Assembly (NCBI RefSeq): GCF_006345805.1
Contig: NC_043014.1
Span: 53,134,001-53,198,000, forward strand
Source: Octopus sinensis
Taxonomy: Eukaryota
DNA: 64,000 nt
Direction: 5' to 3'
The position numbers and the translations under genes were made by a program. Within the stretch, counting starts at the first letter, position 1. Each line of letters opens with the position of its first letter. Below are positions 1 to 10,972 of this stretch, in pieces. The notes beneath the pieces were generated by a model. That model made no database searches. It had not been told where the DNA came from and was given only the letters and a program-made list of their open reading frames with translations.

Positions 1-60
1 TAAAATAAGGGGGGTTAAAAAAAAAAAAAAAGGGGGGGGGGAAGGAAAAAAAAATGATCA

Positions 61-330
61 ATAGGGATCGTTATCACAGAAATGTCAATATGAAGTGTAA
101 AGGGGAGGACAGGTGAGGTTTACCCGTGGAAAGAAAAGCCTGCGGAAAAGACCACGGTAACCTCGGTCAATGAAGTCACATTTTATATTTCTTTTTTTTT
201 TTTTTTTTTTTTGCAAATAAGCAACTCTCTGTTTTCGATTTCTGGGTTCATAGGACTATGCTCAAGGTGGCTTCGTCATTCATACGTGCCATTCTTGCTA
301 CATTCACCCATCTTTTTTTAAAACATTCGC
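61..330 (-). mobile_element. Tx1/L1-clade non-LTR retrotransposon, 3' end fragment (ORF2 C-terminus plus 3' UTR)
   Basis: Minus strand reads [27 protein letters not shown] (stop at 248), similar to the EKRWKKVASM C-terminus of the Tx1 fragments at 4143-4469 and 5440-5700. An A-rich UTR follows. Confidence 0.6.
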
Positions 331-426
331 TAGATAGATAGATAGATAGATAGATATAGATAGATAGATAGATAGATAGATAGATGGATGGATGGATGGA
401 TGGATGGATGGATGGATGGATGGATG

Positions 427-462
<36 letters not shown>

Positions 463-508
463 TAGATAGATAGATAGATGGATAGATAGATAGATAGATG
501 GATGGATG

Positions 509-580
<72 letters not shown>

Positions 581-634
581 TATGGATAGATAGATATAGA
601 TAGATAGATGGATAGATTGATAGATAGATGGATG

Positions 635-694
<60 letters not shown>

Positions 695-704
695 TAGATG
701 GATG

Positions 705-788
<84 letters not shown>

Positions 789-865
789 TAGATAGATAGA
801 TGGATGGATGGATGATGGATGGATGGATGGATGGATGGATGGATGGATGGATGGATGGATGGATG

Positions 866-909
<44 letters not shown>

Positions 910-963
910 TAGATAGATAGATAGATAGATAGATGGATAGATAGATAGATAGATGGATGGATG

Positions 964-1015
<52 letters not shown>

Positions 1016-1028
1016 TATGGATAGATAG

Positions 1029-1059
<31 letters not shown>

Positions 1060-1074
1060 TGGATGGATAGAAAG

Positions 1075-1143
<69 letters not shown>

Positions 1144-1149
1144 TAGATG

Positions 1150-1217
<68 letters not shown>

Positions 1218-1229
1218 TATGGATAGATA
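331..1229. repeat. Compound (AGAT)n/(GGAT)n tetranucleotide microsatellite, ~0.9 kb
   Basis: Directly visible tandem TAGA/TGGA units; source of the IYLS/IHPS pseudo-ORFs. Confidence 0.98.
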
Positions 1230-1619
1230 GAGAAAGAGGTGGGGAAAGAGGTGGAGAGATGAGTGCGAAAAACTGAACTTTGTCGTTGCTCTTGGTGAGA
1301 AGAAAGAGAATTTCCATTTAATTCTGGTTTTTGCGATGAAGATAAACAAATGGCAAGGTCAGACTTTGAATAAAGTTTACTGTTGCCTGTTTCTGTGTTC
1401 AGTGACGCCTGGCTGGGAATGGAACACGGAATCAAACTGGAATTATCGACTGAAGATGACGGAAGTCAAAGAAGGTTCATCGAATTAAGCGCCGCCTTTA
1501 CAAAGAATGTTCTTATCAGGGAATAAATGATTACATTAGATATCAACAGGCGACAATTTAGCTTTGATAATTTATTCCGTAATCCAAGGGACATCGTCGT
1601 TTTTTACGAGAACAAGACT

Positions 1620-1691
<72 letters not shown>

Positions 1692-1699
1692 TATATATA

Positions 1700-1753
<54 letters not shown>

Positions 1754-1760
1754 TATATAC

Positions 1761-1792
<32 letters not shown>

Positions 1793-1870
1793 CTTTATAT
1801 ATATATACATACATATATATATATATATATATATCTTTATACACATACACACACATATATATATATACAC
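1620..1870. repeat. (TG)n/(TA)n microsatellite
   Basis: Directly visible dinucleotide repeats. Confidence 0.95.
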
Positions 1871-3240
1871 TTTTTCAGAATTCACCCACCCCCACACCCA
1901 AATATGCGGGAAAATACGGAGATTCTGATTCTGAAAAAAATTTCCAAATTCCAATTATTTTGCAATTTTCCGGAATCTCCGTATCCGAAAACGTGGATTT
2001 TTGAAACACACATACACACACAAAAATAAAATAAAAAAAATAAACGAAAATGGTGGGACGGGAGGAAGTCTTTCCATGAAATGTTCTAGATTCCACTTAT
2101 ACCTGGAATTTGTTGTGAAAAAATTTTCCAGGGCTAGGGAGAGGATTTTCGGAAAGTTTACTCAACTTTCAGAAAAACGAATATTATTTTGAGAATTTTT
2201 TTAAAATAAATACCTTTCAGAGCGTTTAGATATTGATCATGTTGGAACTGAATATGAAAGAATTCCCGTTGTGCTCGCATACATACATAATGACACACAA
2301 AACGAAACATGAAATTTCGAAAAAATTGTGCTGTGTCAGTATGTCTTTGTGTGCCCACCTTCTTTTTCTCAAGTTGTGAGGAAAGAACTACGACACGTGT
2401 GAATTTTCCGAAATTTCCTTCCCCACCTACAGAAAAAAATATTCATAACAAATTCTTATATAATTGGTTTCTACACCACCTGAAGCGTACTTGTAGAAAC
2501 TTTCATGTTAAAATATCAATTCTTCTGGAAGTTATGAAGAAAGAAATTTTGGGGCACGCTTGTGTAGTTATGCCGTAAAAACTGTTTGCGATCTCATTTC
2601 ACATCGTTCCAAAAAAAGAAAAAAAAAGAGGCCTTGTGTTTGGATTCAGACAAAATAAAGTCCAAAAATCCAGTTGTACATTTATAAACATGATATAAGA
2701 TCGCATTTTTATAAGACACACTTTTCATTTATTTCAATAAAAAAATAACTTATTTAATTGTTTTGAAACCGTTTTCTTTAACGAAAGTTGTGGCAGATTA
2801 TTTTAATATTACGAATTAATTAAAAGTCTCCACGTAAGTTTTCAGGTTTTATAAATTAATAGAATTAGTGTTTTATTTTAAGTGAAGCGTCGAGTATTTT
2901 CACTTTAATTAATTAATCAATAAACGAAAAAGAAAAAAACAAAAGAGAAAAGATACGTCGTAGTTTAAAAGTACTAAATTATTACCTCCCTTGAAGACTG
3001 GTCTATACTGGCAGGGAATGAGTTTTGAAAGAGATTAGAATAATTAAATTTCTAAAATCTAGGTAAATTAAGTAATTAGTATAAAACGAAAATGTTGTAA
3101 TTAATTGCATAAGTAAAATGCAATCTAAGTTACTTTGTTTCTGAGGTGTATAAATAAATCAATTGTAAATGTTGTTGGTATAAAATCATCGAATGTATTG
3201 AATAGTAAAGGTTTAAATATATTTTCCTGGACCATTCGTT

Positions 3241-3404
3241 ATACTTACCTGGCACAGGGGTAAACCATGATCAGCAAGGTGGTTCTCCCAGAGTGAGGCC
3301 CTTCCATTGCACTCCGGTTGGGTTGACCTTTGCGATCGCCCCAAATGTGGGCGACTCGGGTGCGCTATTTCTAAGTGTGGGGTCTGCGTTCGCGCTCACC
3401 CCGG
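3241..3404 (+). ncRNA. RNU1: U1 spliceosomal snRNA gene (variant or recent pseudogene)
   Basis: Starts ATACTTACCTGG. SL1 is AACCAT-GATCAGCAAG-GTGGTT. SL2 loop ATTGCAC is the U1A site. SL3 TCGCCC/GGGCGA closes a CAAATGT loop. SL4 is GGGGT..GCG-TTCG-CGC..ACCCC. Length ~164 nt and colinear with metazoan U1 as I recall it. Confidence 0.95.
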
Positions 3405-3682
3405 AAAGCAAACAAAGATCAGACTATCACTAACGAGTCCTTGACAGATTCGACGCAGTTAGTTTTCGCTGCTATTTCTAGTAAGTCATTTGTCATCGGA
3501 ATACTATCGTGGATGTTTTTTTTTCTTGCGGACGAATGTGTAGTTTTTAGGCTGCTATTTCTAGCAATTCGATCCTTCATCAAATGGATTTAGATAAATT
3601 CTATTCATATTTATTATATATTTATATATAATTTCATTATTATATTCGATGCATTTAGTTTCATATTTTCACAATGTTCTCG

Positions 3683-3730
3683 AGTGTGGAGTCTTGCGTT
3701 CGCGCTCAAAGAACAGACTATTGCTAACGA
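3683..3730 (+). pseudogene. Partial duplicate of the U1 3' end (SL4) and its downstream flank
   Basis: AGTGTGGAGTCTTGCGTTCGCGCTCA-AAGAACAGACTATTGCTAACGA matches 3374-3436 (AGTGTGGGGTCTGCGTTCGCGCTCA...AAGATCAGACTATCACTAACGA) with an internal deletion. Confidence 0.8.
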
Positions 3731-3861
3731 AACCGAAAACCAGTTACTCTTATGTATTCTAATTCCAAGACTGTTATCATAGCAAACGAAAAATATAATT
3801 TGATATGGTTAACCGATATCTTCTCTTGCGCTGCTGTTTCTAGCAAGTCAAATCTTCATCT

Positions 3862-3995
3862 AATCATCATCATCATTGTTCGACCGTGGTCGAGACAATG
3901 GAATTTACTATGTTACGCCAGACTTCACGGTCCATCATAGCATTACGGAGGTCCTGTTGCTGGATGCCTGTATCCCTGGAGATTACATGGTTTTA
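3862..3995 (-). mobile_element. RTE-clade LINE, 5'-truncated 3' end
   Basis: Minus strand reads ISRDTGIQQQDLRNAMMDREVWRNIVNSIVSTTVEQ* followed by a (TGA)n tail. This matches the RTE C-terminal DR..WR motif and short-repeat tail. Confidence 0.75.
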
Positions 3996-4134
3996 TCTTC
4001 ATTCATATTCGACGAAGCTGGGTTCATATTTTCACTATCTTCTCGTGTTGGTGCACGACGTCGTTCACACTTTTTTTCTTTTGGCCTAGCTTCATGAGGG
4101 GACGTTATGTGGGCGAATTGAATTTTTATTCACC

Positions 4135-4480
4135 ATTAATGGTTACACAAAAAGGAGACAGACAAGGTTAAAAATTATGATAATATAAAATATAATGGAT
4201 AAAAATGATAAAGTGGGGGCCGTGTGTGACCCAACAAACCACGTTCCACCACTGAATCTTTTGGTTCTCCCTTTAGCAGGCACATCCGCTCCCAACATGC
4301 TTGCCACTTTCTTCCATCTTTTCTCATGTATACTGAGTGGCAAGCATCTCTTCTCCAGCCATATTTTCCTTTTGAGGTGGAAAACAGAAAAGTTTAACAA
4401 ACCAAGGCTGGAGATGAAGACGCCTGTCACTGTCGCTTTCCCGTCCTCCACACCAGTGCTACCACTCAAAGCGGTGCCGG
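4135..4480 (-). mobile_element. Tx1/L1-clade retrotransposon 3' fragment
   Basis: VTGVFISSLGLLNFSVFHLKRKIWLEKRCLPLSIHEKRWKKVASML plus a UTR ending in AATAAAAA. Clearly homologous to 5290-5700. Confidence 0.75.
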
Positions 4481-4685
4481 TCCGCGAGCTTCCAGAAAAG
4501 AAACATTATAAAATGCTTATGTAATATTTGTTTACAAAATGAATATTGAAAATTGTCAGCTTTTATTATATTCATTATACATATTGTTTCCAGTATAAAT
4601 AAATATTACCGGTCCCTTGCACATTGGGGGGGAAAATGCCAGTTCGTCACATCAGATCATCTGAGAAGCCCTGCCCGCACAACCT

Positions 4686-4777
4686 ATTTCTTTATTACCC
4701 ACAAGGGGCTAAACATAGAGGGGACAAACAAGGACAGACAAGGGGATTAAGTCGATTACATCGACCCCAGTGCGTAA
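4686..4777 (-). mobile_element. SINE family B, 3' part
   Basis: TTTCTTTATTACCCACAAGGGGCTAAAC...GATTAAGTCGATTACATCGACCCCAGTGCGTAA is near-identical to 10757-10830. Confidence 0.85.
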
Positions 4778-5289
4778 TGAGCGAGTTTACTTTAAGTTAA
4801 CGCTGATATTCGGATTGATTTTCTTTGGGGTGGGGGACAAAAAGAAGTCTTGCCCTGTTCGTTACTGCTCCTTTTTTTGGGAGAAGTCATATTGCACCAA
4901 TGTTTTTGTTGTTTAAAAAGTCGGGTAAAATAATTGACTTATCTCCCCCTTAATTTTTATTCACTTTTTAAAAATTTCTGAACACTCACCTATTCACGCC
5001 TAAAATCCTTTTTATTGTCAGAATTTTTTCTATGCTTTTATAGTTTTGTATGCTGATGACGAAAATCGTATTCTTTTCCTCTATAAATTGGTAATTAAGA
5101 TCGGGGTTTTTAATTTTGTGAAATTAACAAAGTACGTCAACAACAAAGGCAACCGCCTTTGCTGCTGACATACCGGAAGTGACGATTGTCTTTTTCCATG
5201 GGAACATTATTGACTGCGCCTTATGCTCGTGCTGTGTTTCCTGCTTCCGTCTCGGGGGTCCTCGAATGAATTGATTTTTTAAAATTTAC

Positions 5290-6010
5290 AATAACGGTAA
5301 AAACAGAGATTACAAACAAAGGGGTCGGGGGATAGAATGAAATGACAAGATCCAAAATTGTTATGAGGATATATAATAAACGGATGTGAGGGCCGGGTGT
5401 GACCCCACAAACCACATTCCACCACTGAACCTTTTATGAGTCTTTTATGTTCCCCCTTAAGCAGGCACATTCGCTCTCAACATGCTTGCCACTTTCTTCC
5501 ACCTTTTCTCATCTACTGAGTGGCAAGCGTTTCCTCTCCAGCCTTATTTTCCTTTTAAGATGGAAAATGAAAAGGTTTACTAAACCAAGGCTGGAGATGA
5601 AGACGCCTGTCACTAACCCTTTCATGTGTGTCCTCCATACCACTTCTTTTGCCACAGCCACTACAGAGAGAAAACAGACCTTCCCTGTTCGGAGAGGGCG
5701 GTGGGACAATCTTTATTATAGACTTGGAAGACAGTTGTACTCTTCCCAAATGTGACAGCAGTTGTTCAACGTAAACCCACAATTACAAAAGTTTCGGACA
5801 CTGCTCAATTGCGTGCAGAATAGTTTCACTGCTCTGCTTGGGCAAGTGGGCGAACATGTAGAGCCGTGCCAGGCAAGTTTATCTGAAACTGGTATGGCTC
5901 CTTGGCAACATTGCCAAGCCAGGGACCTTTGGAAGTTATCCAAACTAGGCCCCTCCCAACAAAACTTCAAGGTTTGTGTCTGTAGTAGAAAGCATATCAA
6001 CTCTAGCACA
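5290..6010 (-). mobile_element. Tx1/L1-clade retrotransposon 3' fragment (zf-RVT region to 3' UTR), degenerate
   Basis: LDNFQRSLAWQCCQGAIPVSDKLAWHGSTCSPTCP is zf-RVT-like. It continues as AVAKEVVWRTHMKGLVTGVFISSLGLVNLFIFHLKRKIRLERKRLP with stops and frameshifts. Confidence 0.8.
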
Positions 6011-6227
6011 GATTGTTTAAAATAGAAACCGATAAAAAAGAAAAAACTTCAATGACCTGATTTGATTACAAGGTACAAACCTGTTCTTTTCAACCGAAAA
6101 GAGCGCATTTGAAAGCCATCACTTCTACACGCTATAGATGTCGCTATGTGTGTACGTACGTATGTATGTCATTATTATATACATGTGTGTGTGTGTCAGA
6201 GATGTTGCTTGGATAATCTGAAAGCTG

Positions 6228-6328
<101 letters not shown>

Positions 6329-7159
6329 ATATATGTATGTGTGTGTGTGTGTGCATATATATGTATGTATATATTAATAACTCACACACACACATATACA
6401 TATATACACACGTGCATATCTATATATTAACAGTCATTGGCTGTTAATGCTGAAAATGGAGAAGGTCGGTGACCGTAAATGTAGGCTGACTTGATTCATC
6501 TGGTCGAGACGAGTGGAAGAGTGCAAGGAATGGTTAGTGATTGTGTGCCGGGGGATAGGGTGTTAGGCTGGGGTGGGGGTGCTGTAGTGGTGGTGGTGGT
6601 GGTGGTGGTGAGGTGGAGACATTACCCCAGGATCTTTGCAGCTAGAGCTTTTCTGGGGAAACTGATTGAGATAAGGGTCAAGTTGGTTGATCCAATTGTA
6701 TGTATGTATGCATGTGTGTGTATATGTATTAGTTCCATTATAATGTTGGCGCTATCCAAGTGAAATCTGTCGACAACGTTCCTGCAATAATGAAGAAGTT
6801 ATCGAGAATTGAATTCAAATGTGAACACTTCAGGAGACACTATCTCAGTCCATTTGGGAATGAATGAAGATAAACACAACAACATAACACTAACAAGACA
6901 AGGTGGCGTTCATGCATTTCCCAATTATATTAATGGCGGTGGAGAACAGGGAGTCTTAGAGAGTGAGCTATCAATCCATTAGACAAATACAGGTCTAACA
7001 TATACCATACAACATAAATGCCCGATTCATTAAACAATCTCCTCCTCTAGAAAATGAATCGTAATTATTAAATGGTAAAGGAAAGTCGTGTTGGAACTAG
7101 AATTATAATGAGCACCTATTGACTCTGAGAATTGTTTTATGTTGCGAGTATATTTGGTC

Positions 7160-7613
7160 GACGCACCTTTGGCGTGGGATTCTACAAAGGAGATTTCTTT
7201 AGGTTGCTTTTTAAGTTTACTTTTCAATTTCTAAAAACTCATAAGATGTTGGCAGAAGATTTTTACAATGTGATCAGCAACGAGACGAAGACTGTTGCAT
7301 TTTTACAAGAAACCAGCTCTAAATTCACATCATTTCTTAAGAGAAAGAAAGGTGCCACTTTGGTGTGTGATCTGCAATTTAAAGGGAGATTATTTTAGCT
7401 TACTTTGTGTTTGTGCTACTTTCTGTGTGATCCACGTGAGCAAATTTACTTTGGTGGGTGATTTACACACTTATTTTAATTATTATGTTTTTTTTTATTA
7501 TTAAAATGGAATTAATTATGAAAAAATACATTTACAAAGTTAAGTATGTACAAAATAATTTAAAAAGTTGCTTGAAGTAATCTCCCTTGTAGACCCCGCG
7601 CCAAAGGAGCACC
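7160..7613 (+). mobile_element. Non-autonomous DNA transposon with TIRs and 8-bp TSD, probably a Merlin (IS1016-like) deletion derivative
   Basis: TSD ATTTGGTC at 7152-7159 and 7614-7621. Imperfect ~35-bp TIRs: GACGCACCTTTGGCGTGGGATTCTACAAAGGAGATT versus revcomp GGTGCTCCTTTGGCGCGGGGTCTACAAGGGAGATT. Internal MLAEDFYNVISNETKTVAFLQE resembles a Merlin transposase N-terminus. The superfamily call is inference. Confidence 0.7.
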
Positions 7614-7821
7614 ATTTGGTCTTTATCAGAGGATGGGGCCATGCTGAAGAACAGTCTTTAAGAGTCTTTAATAAAATATTTCGACTCAAGTAGTAATTTT
7701 AGTCTAGTACATATTTTATCAATAACTATTTATCGAATAGCTAAGTTACTGTTGACGTAAAAAGAATTCAACAGAACGGACCGTTTTGATCAGGTTTATA
7801 TTAATATAGAAACACACACCT

Positions 7822-7852
<31 letters not shown>

Positions 7853-8279
7853 TACATACATACAGACAGACAGACAGACAGACAGACCGGCAAACAGACA
7901 AGCAGATAGACAGACATGCAGGCACGTAGAGAGATAAAAAGATCGACATGTCGATTCACGACGTGATTCAATAGTTTCCACAACTACGTTCTACACAGAA
8001 AACCTTGCTGAACCAGTTGTTGCTACCGTTAGGCACATTTGTCTCACGCCCCCCCCCCCCCCCACGGACGGGGCGAACCCAAATACCATTTGGTTTCCAA
8101 CAGAAATTGTCGGCCCGCGCGGTTACAATTAAATTTTGTCTGCTAGACTATTCCAATTAACAAACGGCAAAATGTCGATAATTTACAGAAAAAAGAAATA
8201 GCCGGGCTTTCCAACAGGAAACACTTCACATAGAAATGAATACAACCGCAAGCAACCTTCTCTTCCTTTATCTCTTCAT

Positions 8280-8489
8280 TTCAACAGGTTTCAGGTTATT
8301 TCAAGGTGTAACAGCTTCAATGGTTGAACTTTGCCACTAAACTTCGTCACCTTATCTTGTCTTTCCTTTTCTTTTCTCTTCCTTCTAACAAAAACGAAAA
8401 TACCATCTGCTACCTCAACCAGTTCAGGTACATTGCGTCTCAGGTTTCGAGTCCAACGGAAAGAAACTAATATACCTCCCCACCCCATT

Positions 8490-8544
<55 letters not shown>

Positions 8545-10070
8545 TAAGAAGCTTTCTTCTCAACCACATGGTTCCGGATTCAGTCTTACTGCGTGGCACC
8601 TTGGGTATGTGTCTTCTGCTATAGCCTCGGGTTGACCAAAGCTTTGTGAGTAGACTTTTTTTCTGAAAAAAGCTTTTGAGAAACAGCAAAACGCTGAGCT
8701 CTTTTTGCAGATTAATCGTGGTAGGAAAGTTTTCGAAGTCGGAGCCTGAGCTGGGAAATGAGTAATCGATGATCCGTCCAACAATCATCTGCGCCAGGAA
8801 GGCGGCTCACGAGTATGTCACTCCTGTCATAGGGTCTGATGATGACGTTGTCCAGGATGTAGCTGTGCTTTGATCTCGAATGCCTCTATGCGGTTTTGTG
8901 CTGATCGGGAAGACGAAGAGTCTTTTAGTAACCCCCAGCTCATTCTCTACACATAAGCCAAGAAGAAGCAACCCGTTCAAGTTGCAGTTTCTCACACCCT
9001 GCTTCCCCAGAATTCCTGTCTAGAGGTTATTAGCTCGTCCGTCCCTGGTGTTAAAATCTTCCAACACGAGGGGTTTATCTCTTCTTGATACGATCTGGAT
9101 GATCCTGTTTAGATCGGAGTAGAAAGAATCTTTGATCTCATCACCAGAATCAAAGGTGGTGGTGTAAGCTGAGATCAAAGTGAGGTGATTGTTATCGTTG
9201 AAGGCGGAGGGACTTGAGCCGTTCACTAATAGGACTTGGAACCAGATTGTATCTGTTGACTAAGGAAGTCTTCACCACGAAGCCAACACCGTGCATTCCT
9301 TACTCTGTAACATCTTTGCCCTTCCAGAAAAAAGGTGTAATTTGCTCCTTCCTCACAAGAGGTCTGTCAATATCATCCAGGGATAGGAATGTGTGCACAT
9401 TCAAGCGCCCACAGTAACTAAGTATTCTTTTTCTTGTTCTTGCTACCGACAAAGGGGGTTCCCAATGGTCGCAGTAAACAACCCATGGAAAAGAGTAGCG
9501 TCCAATGTTTAATCCACCTTTTCTAGGGCATACCGCACAAGGGGTGGGTTGCGGTGATCCTGAATAGAGCAGCTAGCATGGTTTGGGCTGCGGTGATTCC
9601 GTCAGAGCAGCCAGCATGTGACTCCGGACTACGGGTTTCCGGTTGACCAAGCCTGCCCCCGTGGCCCAGTTTACATCGCAACTGAACTTAGAGAAGGAAG
9701 AGGAGAGGCTCATTGTTCAAGCCACAGGTGGCCTTCACGTGGTTTTGTTTAGGGTGGACCATAAGTTGCGATCACAGGACCTAAGCATTTGACTACTCGT
9801 CTTCACCAGCGGCACCACTGGTATTGGTGACATGCTGGAGTTGGTTAGGGCGGTTGCAGTGGAATCCTGATTGTTTCAGATATAATTGAGATCCGCTTTG
9901 TTTGCGCCATAAAACATGGTATCGGAGTTTCTTTCTCCCAGATGGACTGCCTTCCAGGCTAACAAGCTCCATCTCTCCGAAAATCACACAAGCTAGCTTA
10001 GCCACAGCTGGGACATTCGCACGTGCTGCTACTCCGGGTCAGACTAGACCTGGGAATAACAGGCGCTAAG
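8280..10070 (-). mobile_element. RTE-clade LINE, 5' portion (5' UTR plus APE endonuclease), degenerate and SINE-interrupted
   Basis: Minus-strand fragments FWKGK..HGVGFVVK, HLTLISAY..DEIKDSFYSDL..DKPLVLEDFN and NLNGLLLLGLCVENEL match an APE endonuclease. A non-coding GC-richer segment at 9430-10070 is the presumed 5' UTR. Confidence 0.8.
8541..8660 (+). mobile_element. SINE family A (tRNA-derived head) inserted in the RTE
   Basis: TGGTAAGAAGC...CAACCACATGGTTCCGGATTCAGTC...GCACCTTGGG..GTGTCTTCTGCTATAGCCTCGGG..GACCAAAGC; same head as 10594 and 50136. Confidence 0.85.
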
Positions 10071-10593
10071 AGATGGTTCGGCACTTCTAAAAACCCTGAA
10101 ACTCCTGTACTAAAGTCGACCAAACAAAAAGACAATTTGTCTGTTTGGAAGCGAAATTTAAGCTGTTTTGACGTCCGATTTTGAGAGTCAATTCAAACAA
10201 ACCTGAACGTTGCGTTCTGCAGTTAGGAAATAGAAGAAAGGTTTAAACACGGCAAATCCAGCAATAAGAAGAAGAAGAAGAAGAAGGAGAAGGAGGAGAA
10301 GAAGGAGAAGGAGGAGAAGGAGATGAGGAGGGGGAGGAGGACAAATTGGCCGCAAAGAATGTGTTTTGCATAAACCGTTGCGGGTCATAGCATTGAACTT
10401 GTTTTTCTAAAACAACAACAACAACAACAACGTGTGTTGAGAATAGATTTGTTTTATTTGTTTACGTAACCAGAGAAGATGTCCGTCTTCCGTCCTTAAC
10501 ATGTCTCTATTTATTCTGTCTTCCGTTTCTCTATTTTCAGCCTCCCGTTACGGAAAAGAAAAAAGAAAAAAGAAATGGAAAGAAACAAACAAA

Positions 10594-10736
10594 GGCGCAG
10601 GTGTGGCAGTGTGGTTAAGAAGCTGACTTCCTAAACTACGTGTGCCAGGTTCGGTCCCACAGCGCAGCACCTTGAACAAGTGTCTTCTGCTATAGTCTCT
10701 CGAGTCGACCAAAACCTTGTGAGTGGATTTGGTCAG
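10594..10736 (+). mobile_element. SINE family A head
   Basis: A-box-like GTGGCAGTGTGGTTAAG and B-box-like GGTTCGGTCCC; homologous to other copies in the window. Confidence 0.85.
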
Positions 10737-10756
10737 CCCGAGCTTACAGTATGTAT

Positions 10757-10972
10757 TTCTTTACTACCCACAAGGGGCTAAACACAGAGAGGACAAACAA
10801 ACGGATTAAGTCGATTACATCGACCCCAGTGCGTAACTGGTACTTATTTAATCGACCCCGAAAGGATGAAAGGTAAAGTCGACCTCGGCGGAATTTGAAC
10901 TCACAACGTAGCGGCAGACGAAATACGGCTACGCATTTCGCCCGGCGTGCTAACGTCTCTGCCAGCTCGCCG
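10757..10972 (-). mobile_element. SINE family B, near full length (tRNA-derived)
   Basis: Revcomp GGCGAGCTGGCAGAGACGTTAGCACGCCGGGCGAAATGCG...GTTCAAATTCCGCCGAGGTCGAC contains A and B boxes; multiple copies occur in the window. Confidence 0.9.

Noticed and set aside
1449-1475. CTGAAGA-TGAC-GGAA-GTCA resembling a hammerhead core
   Set aside because: The required GAAA after stem II and stems I/III are absent.
248-2004. IYLS/IHPS and YI-repeat ORFs (also the many TYIH/YVCM/HT/VC ORFs elsewhere)
   Set aside because: These are translations of GATA, TA, CATA and CA microsatellites.
1870-2560. Probable interspersed repeat upstream of U1
   Set aside because: I could not establish termini, a TSD or coding similarity, so it is not classified.
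3005-3019. ATACTGGCAGGGAAT upstream of U1 resembling a U1 5' end
   Set aside because: Too short, lacks TTACC, and has no downstream U1 structure, so it is compatible with chance.
3120-3240. PSE/promoter for the U1 gene
   Set aside because: I cannot recognise a mollusc PSE consensus from a single locus; this needs alignment of several snRNA upstream regions.
5172-5186. CCGGAAGTGACG (ETS/CRE-like) and AAGATGGCGGC (YY1-like, 32849-32859) motifs
   Set aside because: Isolated short motifs are expected by chance in 64 kb, and there is no supporting CpG island or downstream exon.
9960-10090. HDV-like ribozyme at the RTE 5' end (minus strand contains GCGAATG)
   Set aside because: I could not find a P2 partner or the nested double-pseudoknot pairings by eye. 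A descriptor search (RNArobo/Infernal) would be decisive.
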